In this document: positions 38,452 to 50,489 of the stretch, piece after piece
Numbering within the stretch: the stretch's first letter is position 1
Layout: each line of letters begins with the position of its first letter
Virus record (IMG/VR): IMGVR_UViG_3300010233_000007
Strand: one strand, 5' to 3'
Length of the DNA: 64,000 bases
Source: an uncultured virus (IMG/VR IMGVR_UViG_3300010233_000007)
Lineage: Duplodnaviria > Heunggongvirae > Uroviricota > Caudoviricetes
Program-made: the position numbers and the translations under genes
Notes under the pieces: model-generated
What the model saw: only the letters and a program-made list of their open reading frames with translations
Databases searched by the model: none
Told to the model about the DNA's origin: nothing

Positions 38452-40179
38452 ATGGCAATAAAACATACATTACCTGATGGCGACGTAAAATTAAGTGATT
38501 GTCTATCAAAACTAGTAACGCTATTAAAAGAGCAACCAGATTTACTTAAAAATACATTCTTCGTTAATGATGAGACAAATCAGTTCATCATTGCGGCTGC
38601 TGATGAAATATCTATAATTAAGTTTATGTTAGAACAGGACGATGACTGGCAAGAATTGGATTTATCCAAAGAAAACATTGAGGATGATTTGGGTTAAAGA
38701 TGGCTAATAGACGAACCAAAAAGTGCAGGAATAAGAGAAACCATAACTGTTCGCCGTGTCCATTCTGCGACATGACACAGCATGACTTTGATTTTGACGG
38801 CTTCTGTAAGCAATGCGGAGAGCCGGAAGATGCTGCTGATAAGTATGCTGAGTTCTACGATTATGAAGACAGAGCAGGCGGTGGAAAACGTGTAAATAAG
38901 AAGAGGAGATTCGACGACGAAGAATATTAATCATGAGTGATTTTGATGATAGTAATGTAATTAAGCCAACACCAGGTCGCGTAAAATGCCTTGGCGGTTG
39001 TGATAAGCTGTTTGACTCTATTGATAGGTTTACCAATAGAGTGTGCCCTAAATGTGCGAAGAAGTTAGCTAAGGAAAGATTTCCTAAGCGTTACTCTTCG
39101 CATTTTGGGGACGACACGGGCTCTGGGGAAGGAGATGGGTAGATGATTGTTTATGTTGATAAAGATCATAGTTATGTTAGGGATCAAGGTTGTGGTTGTT
39201 GTTGTAATACTTATTGCACGGACGTGGACCAATCGGTAATTACAGACCACTTACGAAAGAATATCGAAGTAACAATAGAAGCCTGTAATCTCATTGGTAA
39301 GGACTTTAAGGAACTGGTTCAAGAAGTCAATCCGATGGTGGTCTAATAATGCCTAAGCCTGAGAAGATTTTAAATAAAATTAGAGATAAACTAATAGCGG
39401 CTAATGGGCTATACACAAAATACATACGCCAATGTAAAAAGATATTTGAGGAAGGCGCGGCCAATCTATTCAAGCAATATCCAGAATTGCTCACACTCAG
39501 CTTTAATATAGATGGAGAGTACGAGGAAGATCCTTCCATAGTCAATGTTTATGTTAATGGTATTGAGGACGATATCATTAAGTTATATTCAGCGTACACT
39601 GATGACCCTGATGTAAGGTATGTATTGTGTAAATTTCTATATATGTTCGATTGTGAACAATACATCGGCATGTTTGATCATAACTGTAAAGTAACTGTCA
39701 CAAAAGATGGTGCTTCGTATGAGTAATATAAAACAAGCCTCAGACCACGACTAACTAAAATGGCCGCAAAGAAAAAGAAACCGATCAATGTAAGTAGTGA
39801 GGCCATCGTTGTAACCGCAGTAAAACCTAAGCAATCTAAAGAAATCCACATATTGATGGAACATGGTTCTAATTATGATAAGCCTGTACTTGTCTTTAAA
39901 AGCAAAGCCAAAGCACTTGAAGCAGTTAAAACTTTTAGTTTAAAGAAGTTGGTAGGCAATCATTTCAGCATGGAAAGTTTACGTTGTTTAACGTCAAAGC
40001 CAAATGTAACTAATATCACTGTTGAAGATTTGGAATTTAAAAAAGAAGGCAACACCGTTAAACCTGGAGATTTTATCTATATAATCCCGCCTGGCATAGC
40101 TAAGGTCAAATTAGACAAAATCTATTCATTTCTCAACAAATTGAACTTTTATAGTGTAGTCAGCTTACCACAATCTTAA
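38452..40179 (+). CDS. six small hypothetical ORFs (38452, 38700, 38933, 39143, 39349, 39760 starts), several zinc-ribbon
   Basis: tightly packed, CxxC pairs. Confidence 0.65.
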
Positions 40180-40192
40180 TTACGAAATTAAA

Positions 40193-41362
40193 ATGCCAAA
40201 TCAAATTGCCATACTTACTAGCGATTGGCATCTTGATAAATACACATGGGCTAAGCATCCAACGCTAGCGGGAGATTCTCTATACAGCCTTGAGCAAATA
40301 ATCGATTACGCAAATAATCACGACATACGTGACATATTAGCGGCTGGCGATTTAATAGATAGGCACAATCCAGATTCATATACAGTTGCACAAACTATAT
40401 CGTTGCTGAACAAGTATAAAGTTAAAGATGGGTTGATTTCATTCATTCAGGGCCAACATGAGAAGGTGAGAGAGAATCCGTGGTTGTCTCTCTCACCTAA
40501 AGCTATATATTCGCACAGATCTCATTGGCATCTAGAAAATGGTGCCAGGTGTTATGGTATTGACCACAATAGACCAGACACATTACAAGCAGAATTAGAT
40601 GCGATTCCAAGAGATACAGATCTACTCATGATGCATCAAGTGTGGAAAGAGTTCATGTATCCCTTCCCATACGAGGCAAGCATATCAGCGATTCAACAAG
40701 ATATAGACTTACTTCTGACTGGCGATTTTCATCAGACACATGTTAGGCACTATATGAACGCCCATGATCGTAAATTCAAGGTTATATCACCAGGCTCCAT
40801 CAGTATGCGAGCCATAGATGAGACAGAGAATAAGTATTTCTTTGTCTTATGGAGCGATATGTCAGTCACGAAGATTCAGTTAAAGACTAGGGCCGTATTT
40901 AGACGAATTATTGAGAATGAGGAACAGCTACGAGAATTTATAAACGAATATGAATGCTCGCAACTAATTGATCAGTCCCAAACTTTACCGCCTCAACTAC
41001 GAAAGAATATTCTAGACGTTAAATACCATCCTAATATTGATGACGTATTTGATCGAATAACCAAGGCAGTCAATAACAAGGCTTTCTTATTCTTGCGGCC
41101 AATCAAGATTAAGCAGTTAGACACCATAGAGCAGCCAGCAGTACAAGACATGAGTTCAGTGGCAATAGAAGATTGTCTGGCACAACGATTAGATTCAGAA
41201 TCACAAGAATATGCTTTAATTATGCGTTTACTGAATTCAAATCAAGTTAATGAAGAAACAAAAGCCATGATTCAGGAGTTACTAGAATGCGGCTCAATAG
41301 AGTCAGACTCAAAAACATCTGCCAGCACAGAGATAGAGACACAGAATTTGATCCCGGCCTAA
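40193..41362 (+). CDS. sbcD: Mre11/SbcD-like metallophosphoesterase nuclease
   Basis: SDWH, AGDL.D, GQHE, GDFH, PGS motifs; adjacent to SbcC. Confidence 0.9.
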   Translation: MPNQIAILTSDWHLDKYTWAKHPTLAGDSLYSLEQIIDYANNHDIRDILAAGDLIDRHNPDSYTVAQTISLLNKYKVKDGLISFIQGQHEKVRENPWLSLSPKAIYSHRSHWHLENGARCYGIDHNRPDTLQAELDAIPRDTDLLMMHQVWKEFMYPFPYEASISAIQQDIDLLLTGDFHQTHVRHYMNAHDRKFKVISPGSISMRAIDETENKYFFVLWSDMSVTKIQLKTRAVFRRIIENEEQLREFINEYECSQLIDQSQTLPPQLRKNILDVKYHPNIDDVFDRITKAVNNKAFLFLRPIKIKQLDTIEQPAVQDMSSVAIEDCLAQRLDSESQEYALIMRLLNSNQVNEETKAMIQELLECGSIESDSKTSASTEIETQNLIPA

Positions 41363-43416
41363 ATGCCATTTTAGGCCCAAACGGTAGTGGTAAAAGTAAT
41401 TTTGTTAATTCAATATACGCCGGCCTCACTAACGACTTTTCTAGATTCAGCGGAAACAAATTCGACCAAATCAGTCAGTACGCTAAAGACAAAGAAAAAT
41501 CATTCATAGATATAGAATTGCAGCACGAAGGTAATCAGCTGCATTTAAGGCGTAGTCTTATTCCATCGTCTAAGTATTTAACAATTGACGATGGGCCTAA
41601 GATTACTAGTGAGAAGGGTATAGCTGAAGCATTACAAACCATAACAGGTATATCAAACAAACTACTGGACTCCTATGTATTTGTTGACCAGTGGCAGATA
41701 TTCGCATTCTTACTTCAGACAGAGAGTGAACGTGCCAAAGCACTTCAACATTTGTTCGGCACTGATAAACTGGAGATTTGCTGGAATGCGCTAGGTAAAG
41801 AGATTAGTCAGCTAACCATTCCAGTTTCTCTTGTTAATGAAGATTCAATAAAAGCTAGATTATTTAAAAATGAAACGGCTCTAGCCGATTTGGATAAACA
41901 ATTAAAAGCAGCTGAAGTGAAGTTTTATAAGTATGACATTGAGATATTAGAAGATGAGCTGACCAAGATTAGAGAAATTAAGGCTAAACGAATAAGGCTC
42001 AAAAAGCTTCAAGAGCAATGGACAGTTTTATACACCGAAAAAGTAAATATAGAACAGCAATTGAATAAAGACATTAATGCCAGAGTAGACGTAGTAAGAA
42101 AAGAAGTACAAACCAAACAATCGGAATATAATTGGGCCAGAAATACTTTAAACGAATGGAAGAAATATAAAAGCTATGCAGTAAAGCTAACTAAGTTGGA
42201 CAATGAGTTAACTAAAGTATACACCGAATTAGCCAAGCCTTTTACTAAGTCACCAGATGATCTCATAACCACACAAGATGAGCAAGACGCAGTTTTTAAT
42301 AGGTGTGATGAATTAAGGGCGACACTCAGTAACTGTGAACATTTGGCAAAGTTAAATATTGAAGAGAATTCCAGTTGTCCTTTATGTGGGCAAAAAATAG
42401 TCGATGTATTACATATATTAGAAGAACATAAAACTCTAATTCCGAAATTAGAAATAGAACTTGAAACTTTAATAGGGCGGATAGATAGAACCAATGATTA
42501 TGTGCAGTACCTTCAATTAGCAGAATCTAAGCACGACTCGTTACTTCAATTAAAAGATCAACTACTTGAACAGTTAGAAGCAATGCACGAAATAATGCCG
42601 CCTAATGTAGATGAAAAAAGGTTATTGGAAATCTGTAATAATTACACGGAATTTGAAAATATCTATCAAGGGTTAATCACAGAACAATCAACACTAAATA
42701 GTGATTTGTCGTCAATTGCCGGTAAAATTAAGCTTATTAAGCAATCTTATGTCGAGCTAAAGAAAGAGATTGCCGACTGTGGTAATGTTGATAAAGACAA
42801 AGAACAAATCACATTGAATGCACTCAATGATTATAAAGCTATGGACAAGTTATTGAGTACACTTACAGCTAAATTTGAAGCTTTAGATGACGTGGCGAAA
42901 TCAGATTCAGAACTCCTAAAAGATATTCAAGCCACAAAAAATAAAGCAGCCAGAGTATCAAATGTAATTACGAAATTAGAAAGTGTGCGGACAATACTCC
43001 ACAGAGATTGTCTTCCGCGAGATGTGGCTAAGATTTGTATAGTTAAATTATTGGATGACCTTAATGACATACTAGAATCTTTTGACAGTCCTTTTCGGGC
43101 CAAGACAACAGATAATCTCGGTTTTCGTGCGGTGTTCTTTGATGGTAGAGATGTGCCAGCTGAGGCGTTGTCTGGCGGGGAAAAGGCCATATTTGCCATT
43201 GCCTTCAGGATAGTTATAAATTCCAAGTTTGCGGGAGAAGCTGGCTTGCTATGCTTAGACGAACCAACGGCTGGGCTAGATAAGAAAAACATTGGTTGCC
43301 TTACAGTTGCTCTTGATCGGCTCAGGTATTTATCCAAATCACGGGGATTGCAGTGTTTGCTAATAACACATGAAGAATCCTTGATGCCATATTTTGATAA
43401 GGTAATAGAACTATGA
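41287..43416 (+). CDS. sbcC: Rad50/SbcC ABC-ATPase
   Basis: GPNGSGKS, CPLC hook, LSGGE, LDEPT, ITH. Confidence 0.95.
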   Translation: MRLNRVRLKNICQHRDRDTEFDPGLNAILGPNGSGKSNFVNSIYAGLTNDFSRFSGNKFDQISQYAKDKEKSFIDIELQHEGNQLHLRRSLIPSSKYLTIDDGPKITSEKGIAEALQTITGISNKLLDSYVFVDQWQIFAFLLQTESERAKALQHLFGTDKLEICWNALGKEISQLTIPVSLVNEDSIKARLFKNETALADLDKQLKAAEVKFYKYDIEILEDELTKIREIKAKRIRLKKLQEQWTVLYTEKVNIEQQLNKDINARVDVVRKEVQTKQSEYNWARNTLNEWKKYKSYAVKLTKLDNELTKVYTELAKPFTKSPDDLITTQDEQDAVFNRCDELRATLSNCEHLAKLNIEENSSCPLCGQKIVDVLHILEEHKTLIPKLEIELETLIGRIDRTNDYVQYLQLAESKHDSLLQLKDQLLEQLEAMHEIMPPNVDEKRLLEICNNYTEFENIYQGLITEQSTLNSDLSSIAGKIKLIKQSYVELKKEIADCGNVDKDKEQITLNALNDYKAMDKLLSTLTAKFEALDDVAKSDSELLKDIQATKNKAARVSNVITKLESVRTILHRDCLPRDVAKICIVKLLDDLNDILESFDSPFRAKTTDNLGFRAVFFDGRDVPAEALSGGEKAIFAIAFRIVINSKFAGEAGLLCLDEPTAGLDKKNIGCLTVALDRLRYLSKSRGLQCLLITHEESLMPYFDKVIEL

Positions 43417-44375
43417 GCACACAACCCATAAATTTTAATGGAATATCAGCTATATCTCGTGACGCCATGTCATTAAAGATACACATAGATAATCTTGGTA
43501 AGGTTTGGTTCATAAACGGCAACGAGACTATTAACAATTCTGGCCAAGATATGAATGCGTTTATGCAGTCGGATGTATATAAAGACGCAAAAATATTTAG
43601 ACTAGTCGGCTCACGCAACAACGCTAAGCTTATAGTTCAGCTCTACAGTAAGAAGAAAGCAAAAACCTTAAAGAAAGTTGAAGTGTGCAGTCCGGCGTGT
43701 AATATTGATGTGTCCGATCCGACGACTGTACTGATGAATATGCGCCGATGGTCTTATCCAACTAGTGTTGGTGGTTGGCATGAAGTTAATGAGCAAGATT
43801 TTGCTATGTATATACTGATTCATGCATTGCAAAGAATGAAAAATATTCCAGACGATAACATTAGGCAATTAGTCCTAAATCATCCTGCCTGGAGATCGTT
43901 GTCATTTATCGGTACTCTAAATATCGATTGTATAGCGGTATTACTATCGTTGATTATAGATCCTCGTTGGTTTGTTGATGTGGATGAGCCTTCTTCTGGT
44001 TCCCGATTAAAAGCTTTCTTAGGGCTTAATCCTAAGATTCAATCGTTGGTGTCGTCTAGTAGAATACCTAGTAATTCAAATGACATTAAACATTACGATA
44101 GATGCGCATTAGTGTTGAACACTTGGAAAAACTCCGATAAGCCGCCTAAAGATGCCCAATTACCAAATCATTTCTTGTGGCGATTTTGGCTAAATAAGAG
44201 TAATGATCCTGTTGCTTCTGATTTAAGAACGTCACAATACTTTATTTCATATCTAAGGCACACGTGGATAGCTGCGCTGTACGGCGGTAAACAAGCCGGT
44301 GAAGATTTGTTTGTCCCAGAAATATTTTTTCATGAAGAGATTGATACTAATGGTTATAAGCAACACATGACATAA
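43413..44375 (+). CDS. protein with an IS110 (Transposase_20)-like C-terminal motif
   Basis: [11 protein letters not shown]...[11 protein letters not shown]. Confidence 0.5.
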   Translation: MSTQPINFNGISAISRDAMSLKIHIDNLGKVWFINGNETINNSGQDMNAFMQSDVYKDAKIFRLVGSRNNAKLIVQLYSKKKAKTLKKVEVCSPACNIDVSDPTTVLMNMRRWSYPTSVGGWHEVNEQDFAMYILIHALQRMKNIPDDNIRQLVLNHPAWRSLSFIGTLNIDCIAVLLSLIIDPRWFVDVDEPSSGSRLKAFLGLNPKIQSLVSSSRIPSNSNDIKHYDRCALVLNTWKNSDKPPKDAQLPNHFLWRFWLNKSNDPVASDLRTSQYFISYLRHTWIAALYGGKQAGEDLFVPEIFFHEEIDTNGYKQHMT

Positions 44376-44389
44376 AGAGGACTCCCAAA

Positions 44390-45112
44390 ATGGCTTTAGT
44401 CAAACAAGTCATTTACCATAAAATAACAAATTTAACCATATTCGAAACAGATGTAGATTTAGTAGATACTACAAATAAACGTCTAGGCGAAGCAGTAAAA
44501 ATCGCAGCCAGCAAAAACATTAACCTTTCCGATGCCAACCTTTACGGTGCCAGCCTTTCCTATGCCAACCTTTACGGTGCCAACCTTTCCGGTGCCAACC
44601 TTTCCGATGCCAACCTTTACGGTGCCAGCCTTTCCTATGCCAACCTTTACGGTGCCAACCTTTACGGTGCCAACCTTTCCGATGCCAACCTTTACGGTGC
44701 CAACTTTTCCGGTGCCAACCTTTACGGTGCCAAAGGTTTAGCTAAGGAGTTTAATACTTTACAGTTATTGGCATATCAACCAGGAGAAATCAGATTATTT
44801 AAATTAGTCACAAACAGTTTTCACAGCCCTATTCAAACACAAAATCCTAGATTTTATTGTATCGGCTCATTTCACGAAATCTTAACCGCTAACACAGATC
44901 CAAATGTAGATTGTGCGGAAGGCATCAATGTGGCAGATTTACCTTGGTGTCTTAGAAATTGGAAGAAAGATTTCAGAATTATATTAGTTAAATTTGAAGC
45001 TAAAGATATAGCATGTATACCGTCAGGTTCAGATGGAAAACTGAGACTGTTTAGGTGTACTGTGGTGGAAGAGATTAAATTAGATTATGTGGCGTTAGGA
45101 TTGGATAAATAA
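44390..45112 (+). CDS. pentapeptide-repeat protein fused to a GKLR-family domain (paralog 5)
   Basis: about 14 A(N/S)L(Y/S)x repeats from 15-bp units (about 44520-44730); C-terminal CAEGINVA...SDGKLR. Confidence 0.85.
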   Translation: MALVKQVIYHKITNLTIFETDVDLVDTTNKRLGEAVKIAASKNINLSDANLYGASLSYANLYGANLSGANLSDANLYGASLSYANLYGANLYGANLSDANLYGANFSGANLYGAKGLAKEFNTLQLLAYQPGEIRLFKLVTNSFHSPIQTQNPRFYCIGSFHEILTANTDPNVDCAEGINVADLPWCLRNWKKDFRIILVKFEAKDIACIPSGSDGKLRLFRCTVVEEIKLDYVALGLDK

Positions 45113-45126
45113 GCAAAGAGAGATGT

Positions 45127-46632
45127 ATGCAAGATATTCCCGACATTGTTATCCGAAAATCTGGCAATTTGATAGACATAAGTCAAAATGGACTACCACT
45201 AACAAAACTAATTGCTAGAGAATTAGAAAAAGAACTAACGTATGTATATGTGAAATCATTATATGGCCAAGCTGAATTTGAGCACGGTAAAACATTAGAC
45301 TTTGAACCGCGTCGATTATACAAGTACGACAGTAAAGGAAGGATGATATGCGGACGCGGACATTTAAATAAAATAACTAGACTACTTATAGATAAATTCC
45401 AAGTCAGTCCGACTCTAATCAATAAAGACCCTAAAGATCATCCAAGACCGCGTAGATACGAAGAAAGAGTAGACATAGTTGATCAGAACGTCACATACAG
45501 ACCAAAGCAAGAAGAATGCCTAGAAGCAATATCGGCAAACGAGTGCGGAATTATCGCAGCTCCTACAGGCTTCGGTAAGGGCATGATAATACTAATGGTC
45601 TGTTTACTTTATCCGTATGCAAAAATACATATCATTACACCAGGCAAGGATCTCGTATCTAAAACTGTTAGGTTATTAAGTAAGACACTTCCAAATATCG
45701 GTCAGGTAGGATTCGGCTCAAAGCGTATCAACAGAATTACTGTGTTTTCAGCCGATAGTCTTCATCTATCGGATTTTGACGCTGATATACTGATCGTTGA
45801 CGAAGCGCATGAATTGATGGCTCCGACATATGGGCAATATCTGGCTAAGTACAGATTCTCTAGAAACTATGCTTTTACAGCTACACCAACAGGTAGAGCC
45901 GATAAAGCTGATAGTAAGATGGAGAGTTTATTTGGTGAGACGATATTCTCAGTGACATATCAGGAAGCTGTGCAACTTGGTCTTGTTGTACAGATCAATG
46001 TAGATTGGCTAGATGTTCCTAGCGATAATCCGGCTGAAAATTATGTAACACGTATAGCTAAGAAGAGATACGGCGTTTGGCGTAACTGGGATAGAAACAA
46101 TACAATAGCTGAAAAACTGAAGCAATATACAAATGACCAGGTATTGATATTAGTAACCACACTCGAACACGCTTTAAACTTGCGACAACATCTTCCGGAT
46201 TATAGCCTGTGCTACGATAAGCTAACTGCGCATAAACGTAAGCAGTTCGTAAAAGCTGGATTAATGGAGCCAGATGAAGCAGTAATAACTCCTAGACAAC
46301 GTGAACAAATGCGTTTGGACTTTGAGACAGGTAAATTGAAGCATGTGATAGCTACAACTATTTGGGCAACAGGAGTTAGTTTTGATGCTTTACCAGTGTT
46401 AGTGTGGGCAGCAGGAGGAAGCAGTGAAATCAGAAGTACACAGGTTCCCGGCAGAGTGTGTCGTATTCACGAATCGTCTGGAAAACAATTCGGTGTACTG
46501 ATAGATTGTTGTGACCAGTTTGATTCTGGTTTTGAAAATCAAGCTAACACAAGATGCAGGTATTACAAGAAGCACGGATGGGCACAGGTGTATGATGGGC
46601 GAATCACACGCAGAAAGAGAAATCAGATATGA
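45127..46632 (+). CDS. SF2 helicase (UvsW-like)
   Basis: APTGFGK, DEAH, TAT, Q..GR..R. Confidence 0.9.
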   Translation: MQDIPDIVIRKSGNLIDISQNGLPLTKLIARELEKELTYVYVKSLYGQAEFEHGKTLDFEPRRLYKYDSKGRMICGRGHLNKITRLLIDKFQVSPTLINKDPKDHPRPRRYEERVDIVDQNVTYRPKQEECLEAISANECGIIAAPTGFGKGMIILMVCLLYPYAKIHIITPGKDLVSKTVRLLSKTLPNIGQVGFGSKRINRITVFSADSLHLSDFDADILIVDEAHELMAPTYGQYLAKYRFSRNYAFTATPTGRADKADSKMESLFGETIFSVTYQEAVQLGLVVQINVDWLDVPSDNPAENYVTRIAKKRYGVWRNWDRNNTIAEKLKQYTNDQVLILVTTLEHALNLRQHLPDYSLCYDKLTAHKRKQFVKAGLMEPDEAVITPRQREQMRLDFETGKLKHVIATTIWATGVSFDALPVLVWAAGGSSEIRSTQVPGRVCRIHESSGKQFGVLIDCCDQFDSGFENQANTRCRYYKKHGWAQVYDGRITRRKRNQI

Positions 46633-47236
46633 GCAATTGGCCTATAAGTTAAGAGAAATATGGGCAAGTGAGTTTGAGCAGTTTACATATAGAAAACGTG
46701 GGCAAGCAACAAAGTACAAACATTCCAAAATATGGGATGGTGGTACTGACGCAATGGGCCGTAAGCATAGATCTGTGTGGGACAAGGTAGCAGTTTTACT
46801 TTCTAATTCTGAAATTAGAATCGATCCGGAAAAGTTCGTAAAAGCCCAATTTGAATACAGAGACACGTTAGATCCACCTAGACCAAACATATTACTTAGC
46901 AAAGTCGCTTTTAATAAATATAGAGAATTTTGCTCTAAGCGCGCTCCTGATATAAAGGCATCATTGGAGACGCAAAAGCAGCAATTTCGTTTGCTGTTAT
47001 ATAAGCGGCAGTTTCTGTACAACGAAGACATAGCAACAGCGGCTGATTTTATTCTGGTGGATAAAACAGCAGCTTTATCGGCCTTGTTTCGGTATTGTAT
47101 TGCAAGACAGATTAATCGTGAGGCTATGACTGAATTATGGCATGATGCAGCGCTTGAGCAGTATTTACCGGATAGAAGCGAATATGATATTTCATGGGGA
47201 AACCTTATACCTGATGAAATAAGGACGACGCTATGA
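46592..47236 (+). CDS. hypothetical protein preceding the replicative helicase
   Basis: overlaps both neighbours; start uncertain. Confidence 0.6.
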   Translation: MMGESHAEREIRYEQLAYKLREIWASEFEQFTYRKRGQATKYKHSKIWDGGTDAMGRKHRSVWDKVAVLLSNSEIRIDPEKFVKAQFEYRDTLDPPRPNILLSKVAFNKYREFCSKRAPDIKASLETQKQQFRLLLYKRQFLYNEDIATAADFILVDKTAALSALFRYCIARQINREAMTELWHDAALEQYLPDRSEYDISWGNLIPDEIRTTL

Positions 47237-48849
47237 TTCCCATACCAAAAACGCAACCGAGATTGACGTTTGATGAGAAGGAAGACATATTGCTACATTT
47301 ATTATGGTTTCCGAAGTTATTTGCAGAGGCAAAGCGGCAATTAAAAGTTGAGCATTTTTATGCGGACGAAAGACATTATGCGCTATTGTGGAAGACGCTA
47401 TTAGAATTATCAGACGTGTCAGGCGGACAATTAGTAACAAAAGGATTAAAGCGAAGACTAATAGCGGCCATTAATACTAAATTAGAAAATTACCCAGATT
47501 GTATAACAGCGGAGCAACGTAATGATTTGATAGATGGGCCGTCTAATTTTATAGAATGGGCGTTTAATCAGACTGAGTTATATGAGCAGGATGGTAGAGT
47601 ATTGCTTTGTGCTCTTTTACGCGAAAGAACTGTAATAGATCCACTTAAACAATACTTTTTAAATTCAGGTGATCAAAATCCCACTGATTTGAAACAAGTA
47701 TTAAATGAAGCGGCTAAACAAGAAACTAAAATAGTTTCTGTTGCCGCTAACCCAATTATTCAGGCATGTCCCGACGGATGGAAACCCAAAAAGTATGAGC
47801 TGACACCGACTAATATATCGTTTCTAGATAAATATCTTGGCGGCGGCACAGCTCCAGGTGACGCAGTGGGGATTTTGGGTCCAACTGGTGTAGGAAAATC
47901 TACATTAGCTGTAATGATAGCAGTTGAGGCAGCGTTCTATCAGCAGATGCTTACCGACACAGAAGATAAGGAATTGGGACACGTCTATTTATTTTCGTAT
48001 GAAGCACCAATCGACCCAGAAGTGCAATTAAGAACATTATCTTATGCAGCGCAAATACATCGTGACACATTATTTACCGACGCTGAATTTAGCACTAAAG
48101 GTAATCTGAAGCAATACGAGAAGAAACTGTGGGCTGACAATCTAAAAGCCGGTATGGATGTACCAGGAGAAAAAGAACGCATAGATGCAGTATCATCTAA
48201 ACTTAGGCGAAATTTATGGTTATGCGAATTTTCTGGTGCTTTAGCGAATAGCCCATATATAGGCTCAGGTGGACCACAAGAAATAGTAGACTATTTGTCA
48301 ATGGAACGGGATGCAGGGAAAAAGATTTGTTGTGTGATTATTGATTACGTTGGGTTAGCCGCTCGCAGACAAATGGCTAATGATGGCGTATCTGTAAATG
48401 AGATTCGTCATTTTATTGGAGGCTACGCTGATGTAGCAAGACGATTAATAGCTGAGAACTTTGGTGCTTGTGTATGGCTTATACATCAGCTCACTGGTGC
48501 TGCAAATAATTCGGCTCCGACTGTAAAGCAAACCCATGCATCAGCAGCAGAAGCCAAGAATTGGGCAGAGAATTTACATTTTAATTTTTCGCTAGGAACT
48601 AAGTATAAAGCCAATGGTGTTGATTTGTGTTTATTCAACTGTTCTAAGGCTAGACGAACGAGTGGAGGAGATGACGCGACGATTTTGGTGATAGATGGTG
48701 GATTATGCGCATTAAGACCAGGAGATAAGCTCTATGGGCTTGAGGGTAATCGAATCGTGCCAAAAGAATATCAAGATAGAGTCGTTGGTAACACAGAAAT
48801 AAAACGAAGCAGACCATCACCGGCTTCTGCTGCTGGATATTTTAGATGA
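47233..48849 (+). CDS. dnaB: DnaB-like replicative helicase
   Basis: GPTGVGKST, SYE, IIDY, HQL, K.R. Confidence 0.85.
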   Translation: MIPIPKTQPRLTFDEKEDILLHLLWFPKLFAEAKRQLKVEHFYADERHYALLWKTLLELSDVSGGQLVTKGLKRRLIAAINTKLENYPDCITAEQRNDLIDGPSNFIEWAFNQTELYEQDGRVLLCALLRERTVIDPLKQYFLNSGDQNPTDLKQVLNEAAKQETKIVSVAANPIIQACPDGWKPKKYELTPTNISFLDKYLGGGTAPGDAVGILGPTGVGKSTLAVMIAVEAAFYQQMLTDTEDKELGHVYLFSYEAPIDPEVQLRTLSYAAQIHRDTLFTDAEFSTKGNLKQYEKKLWADNLKAGMDVPGEKERIDAVSSKLRRNLWLCEFSGALANSPYIGSGGPQEIVDYLSMERDAGKKICCVIIDYVGLAARRQMANDGVSVNEIRHFIGGYADVARRLIAENFGACVWLIHQLTGAANNSAPTVKQTHASAAEAKNWAENLHFNFSLGTKYKANGVDLCLFNCSKARRTSGGDDATILVIDGGLCALRPGDKLYGLEGNRIVPKEYQDRVVGNTEIKRSRPSPASAAGYFR

Positions 48850-48859
48850 GGAAATATTT

Positions 48860-49426
48860 ATGTTACATGGTAAATGTAAAACACCAGAATACAGAGTTTG
48901 GCGAAGGATGTTAGAAAGATGTTATTACAAAAAGAAAGACAATTATATTGCTTATGGTGGTCGCGGCATATGTGTATGTGATAGATGGCGTAATGATTTT
49001 ATGGCCTTTTTACATGATATGGGGCAACGGCCTAGTCCAAAACATTCTATAGATAGAATTAATAATGATGGAAATTATGAGCCAAATAATTGCAGGTGGG
49101 CTACAACTAAAGAACAGGCAAGAAATAGAAGATCGAATAAACTATATACCTATAGAGGCAATACCAAAACAATTGCAGAATGGGCTGACGAATATAATTT
49201 GCCATATCATATATTACATCAACGATTATTTAAATTTAAATGGCCAATTAAAAGAGCACTTACGAAACCACCACTTATAATGATAAAAATTGGCACCGAA
49301 TATAGGACTATGGTTGAACTGGCTAAAACCTACGGTATCCGGCAGGCAACATTGCGACATAGAATTTTTGTCGCTGGTTGGCCTATTGAAAAAGCCCTAA
49401 ACACACCCGTTAAAAAGGCAAAATAA
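48860..49426 (+). mobile_element. free-standing HNH homing endonuclease
   Basis: YGGRGI...SIDRINNDGNYEPNNCRWAT..EQARN plus two HTH-like repeats. Confidence 0.9.
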
Positions 49427-49427
49427 T

Positions 49428-50486
49428 GTGTTGAACCCAACGCTTTTTAGTTTGCTTAAAGCCCGCTTTGACAGTGTAAAAATAGTAAATGAGAATCAAC
49501 GTGCTTTAGGTAGCTATCAAACAGACCCCATTAGTGGTAGACAAAAGTTTAAAACCAGGCAAGCGGGCGAAAATTATGCGATCAACTGCTGCTACTGCTC
49601 AGACACAAGACATAGACTTTACATAAGTTACAGATATGGAATTTGGGATGATGAAATACATAGCTATGGGGCGCATCTGGCCCTGTGCTTCAACGAGAAC
49701 TGTTTAGCTGATCCCGGTAATAGGGAAAAGCTATTCCATATGATCATGGGACATATTAATCGTAATCAGCGCAAACAAATTAAACTCAATGAGACTTATG
49801 AGCCAGCATCAATATCAAATCCAGTTAAACCAGAACTGCCAAGCAATGTTATTCCACTTCTTGATTTACCAGTAGACCATGCGGCTAGAATTTATGTGCG
49901 CGAGAGAGGGTATGACGAGGAATTATTAAGTAATACATATGCTATTGGCTATTGTGAACACGCAATTAAACAACATTCATTGGCATCACACAGATTGATT
50001 ATCCCTATATATGATGTAGATTATAATTTACAGGGATATCAAGCTAGAGCTATTTTTGAGCGAAACTTTAAAATAGCCGGTATTCCTAAGTATTTTACAA
50101 TGTATGGTATGCGCAAATCTGAAATGCTTTATGGTATGTGGTTCTATGATCCAGATGACGATCCATTTGTGATTGTCACGGAAGGCCCGTTTGATGCGAT
50201 TTCAACTGGACGAAGAGCCGTAGCTATATTCGGCAAGAAACCATCAATCACACAAAAGAATTTGATATGTCAATACTGGAAAAGAGTGGTAATACTGCTT
50301 GATCCTGACGCGCAAAAGGAGGCACTGGAATTCAGAGACGATCTAATTAAGATGGGATTGGAAGCGTGGAATGTTAAACTGCCAAATGGTTATGACGCCG
50401 GAAGCTTACCAACACATGTTATTGAATCAACCATAGACGCGCAGACTAATAGAGATTACCTGTATGAACCGCACTGTAGAGGATAA
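49428..50486 (+). CDS. dnaG: DNA primase
   Basis: N-terminal Zn ligands, KYF, TEGPFDA, LDPDA Toprim motifs. Confidence 0.85.
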   Translation: MLNPTLFSLLKARFDSVKIVNENQRALGSYQTDPISGRQKFKTRQAGENYAINCCYCSDTRHRLYISYRYGIWDDEIHSYGAHLALCFNENCLADPGNREKLFHMIMGHINRNQRKQIKLNETYEPASISNPVKPELPSNVIPLLDLPVDHAARIYVRERGYDEELLSNTYAIGYCEHAIKQHSLASHRLIIPIYDVDYNLQGYQARAIFERNFKIAGIPKYFTMYGMRKSEMLYGMWFYDPDDDPFVIVTEGPFDAISTGRRAVAIFGKKPSITQKNLICQYWKRVVILLDPDAQKEALEFRDDLIKMGLEAWNVKLPNGYDAGSLPTHVIESTIDAQTNRDYLYEPHCRG

Positions 50487-50489
50487 TTT

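Noticed and set aside
44520..44741. 15-bp tandem repeats as a CRISPR or TIGR array, and the MPTFTVP ORF
   Set aside because: No unique spacers; the repeats encode in-frame pentapeptide repeats and the other ORF is a shifted frame
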